The position numbers were made by a program, and so were the translations under genes. A stretch of 64,000 nt of DNA from the NCBI RefSeq assembly GCF_036321535.1, contig NC_087453.1:14818001-14882000 (forward strand), given 5' to 3'. The notes beneath the pieces are model-generated. The model worked only from the letters and a program-made list of their open reading frames with translations. It was not told where the DNA came from and ran no database searches. The DNA comes from Camelus dromedarius (Eukaryota). Shown piece by piece: positions 63,727-64,000 of this stretch; within the stretch, counting starts at the first letter, position 1, and each line of letters starts with the position of its first letter.

Positions 63727-64000
63727 GTGAGCCTTCTGCATCTCAGAGTGCCCCGGGGAGAGCCCGATGTCATAGTTCAGAACAGTCTTTCTGTCCCTCG
63801 TCTTCCAAAGTTTCACATCCTGGGTTACTGTTGACTTACTCTGTAGAGTCACATGTTTATCGAGGCAGACTTTTACTCCTCCCTGGTAGTTTAACTTACG
63901 ATAAAACAGAACTGGAGGGCATGCTTTCCATTCTTTGCCATTTACCAGAGACTCTTTTTAAGACGTTGAAATTTTGGCTTCTTGTGTTGGCTTATGAAGT

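Larger units (their letters stand above)
1..64000 (+). other. CHD6: CHD6 transcription unit, partial (intron 1 to intron 12); exon 1 lies upstream and exons 13+ downstream of the window
   Basis: Eleven exons splice into one frame of 560 codons matching the recalled human CHD6 sequence (MxMKIQKKEKQ...DEMGLGKT...RDAQ); coding lengths 33, 521, 148 (inferred), 150, 63, 59, 118, 87, 135, 122, 244 nt have consistent phases. Confidence 0.97.

Noticed and set aside
1-64000. Prokaryotic-type novel system (CRISPR array, operon, defence island, prophage)
   Set aside because: Spliced mammalian gene with mammalian repeats; no repeat-spacer array, no dense ORFs.

Overview
Mammalian genomic DNA, most likely a camelid (alpaca/camel), inferred from five copies of a tRNA-Ala-derived SINE resembling camelid Vic-1. 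The whole window lies inside CHD6 (chromodomain-helicase-DNA-binding protein 6) on the + strand. It starts within intron 1 (no promoter, CpG island or exon 1 seen) and holds 11 coding exons (exons 2-12 in human numbering, codons 1-560): the Lys/Glu/Pro-rich N-terminus, the double chromodomain and the start of the SNF2 ATPase (Q motif, Walker A DEMGLGKT). All visible splice junctions are GT-AG with consistent phases. Introns carry L1, L2, HAL1, MIR, MLT1, MER5, MER58 and a probable hAT transposase relic; repeat family names come from recalled consensus sequences and many boundaries are approximate. Six N blocks occur; where the hidden length can be inferred, it is preserved. I found no prokaryotic system, CRISPR array, rRNA or true tRNA gene, and no convincing new gene. 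The best leads are unverified RNA-processing and regulatory candidates: an in-frame alternative acceptor adding 17 aa to chromodomain 1, intron read-through isoforms lacking the ATPase, an inverted SINE pair around exon 3, a cryptic exon in the hAT relic, and a RUNX/GATA/E-box cluster.
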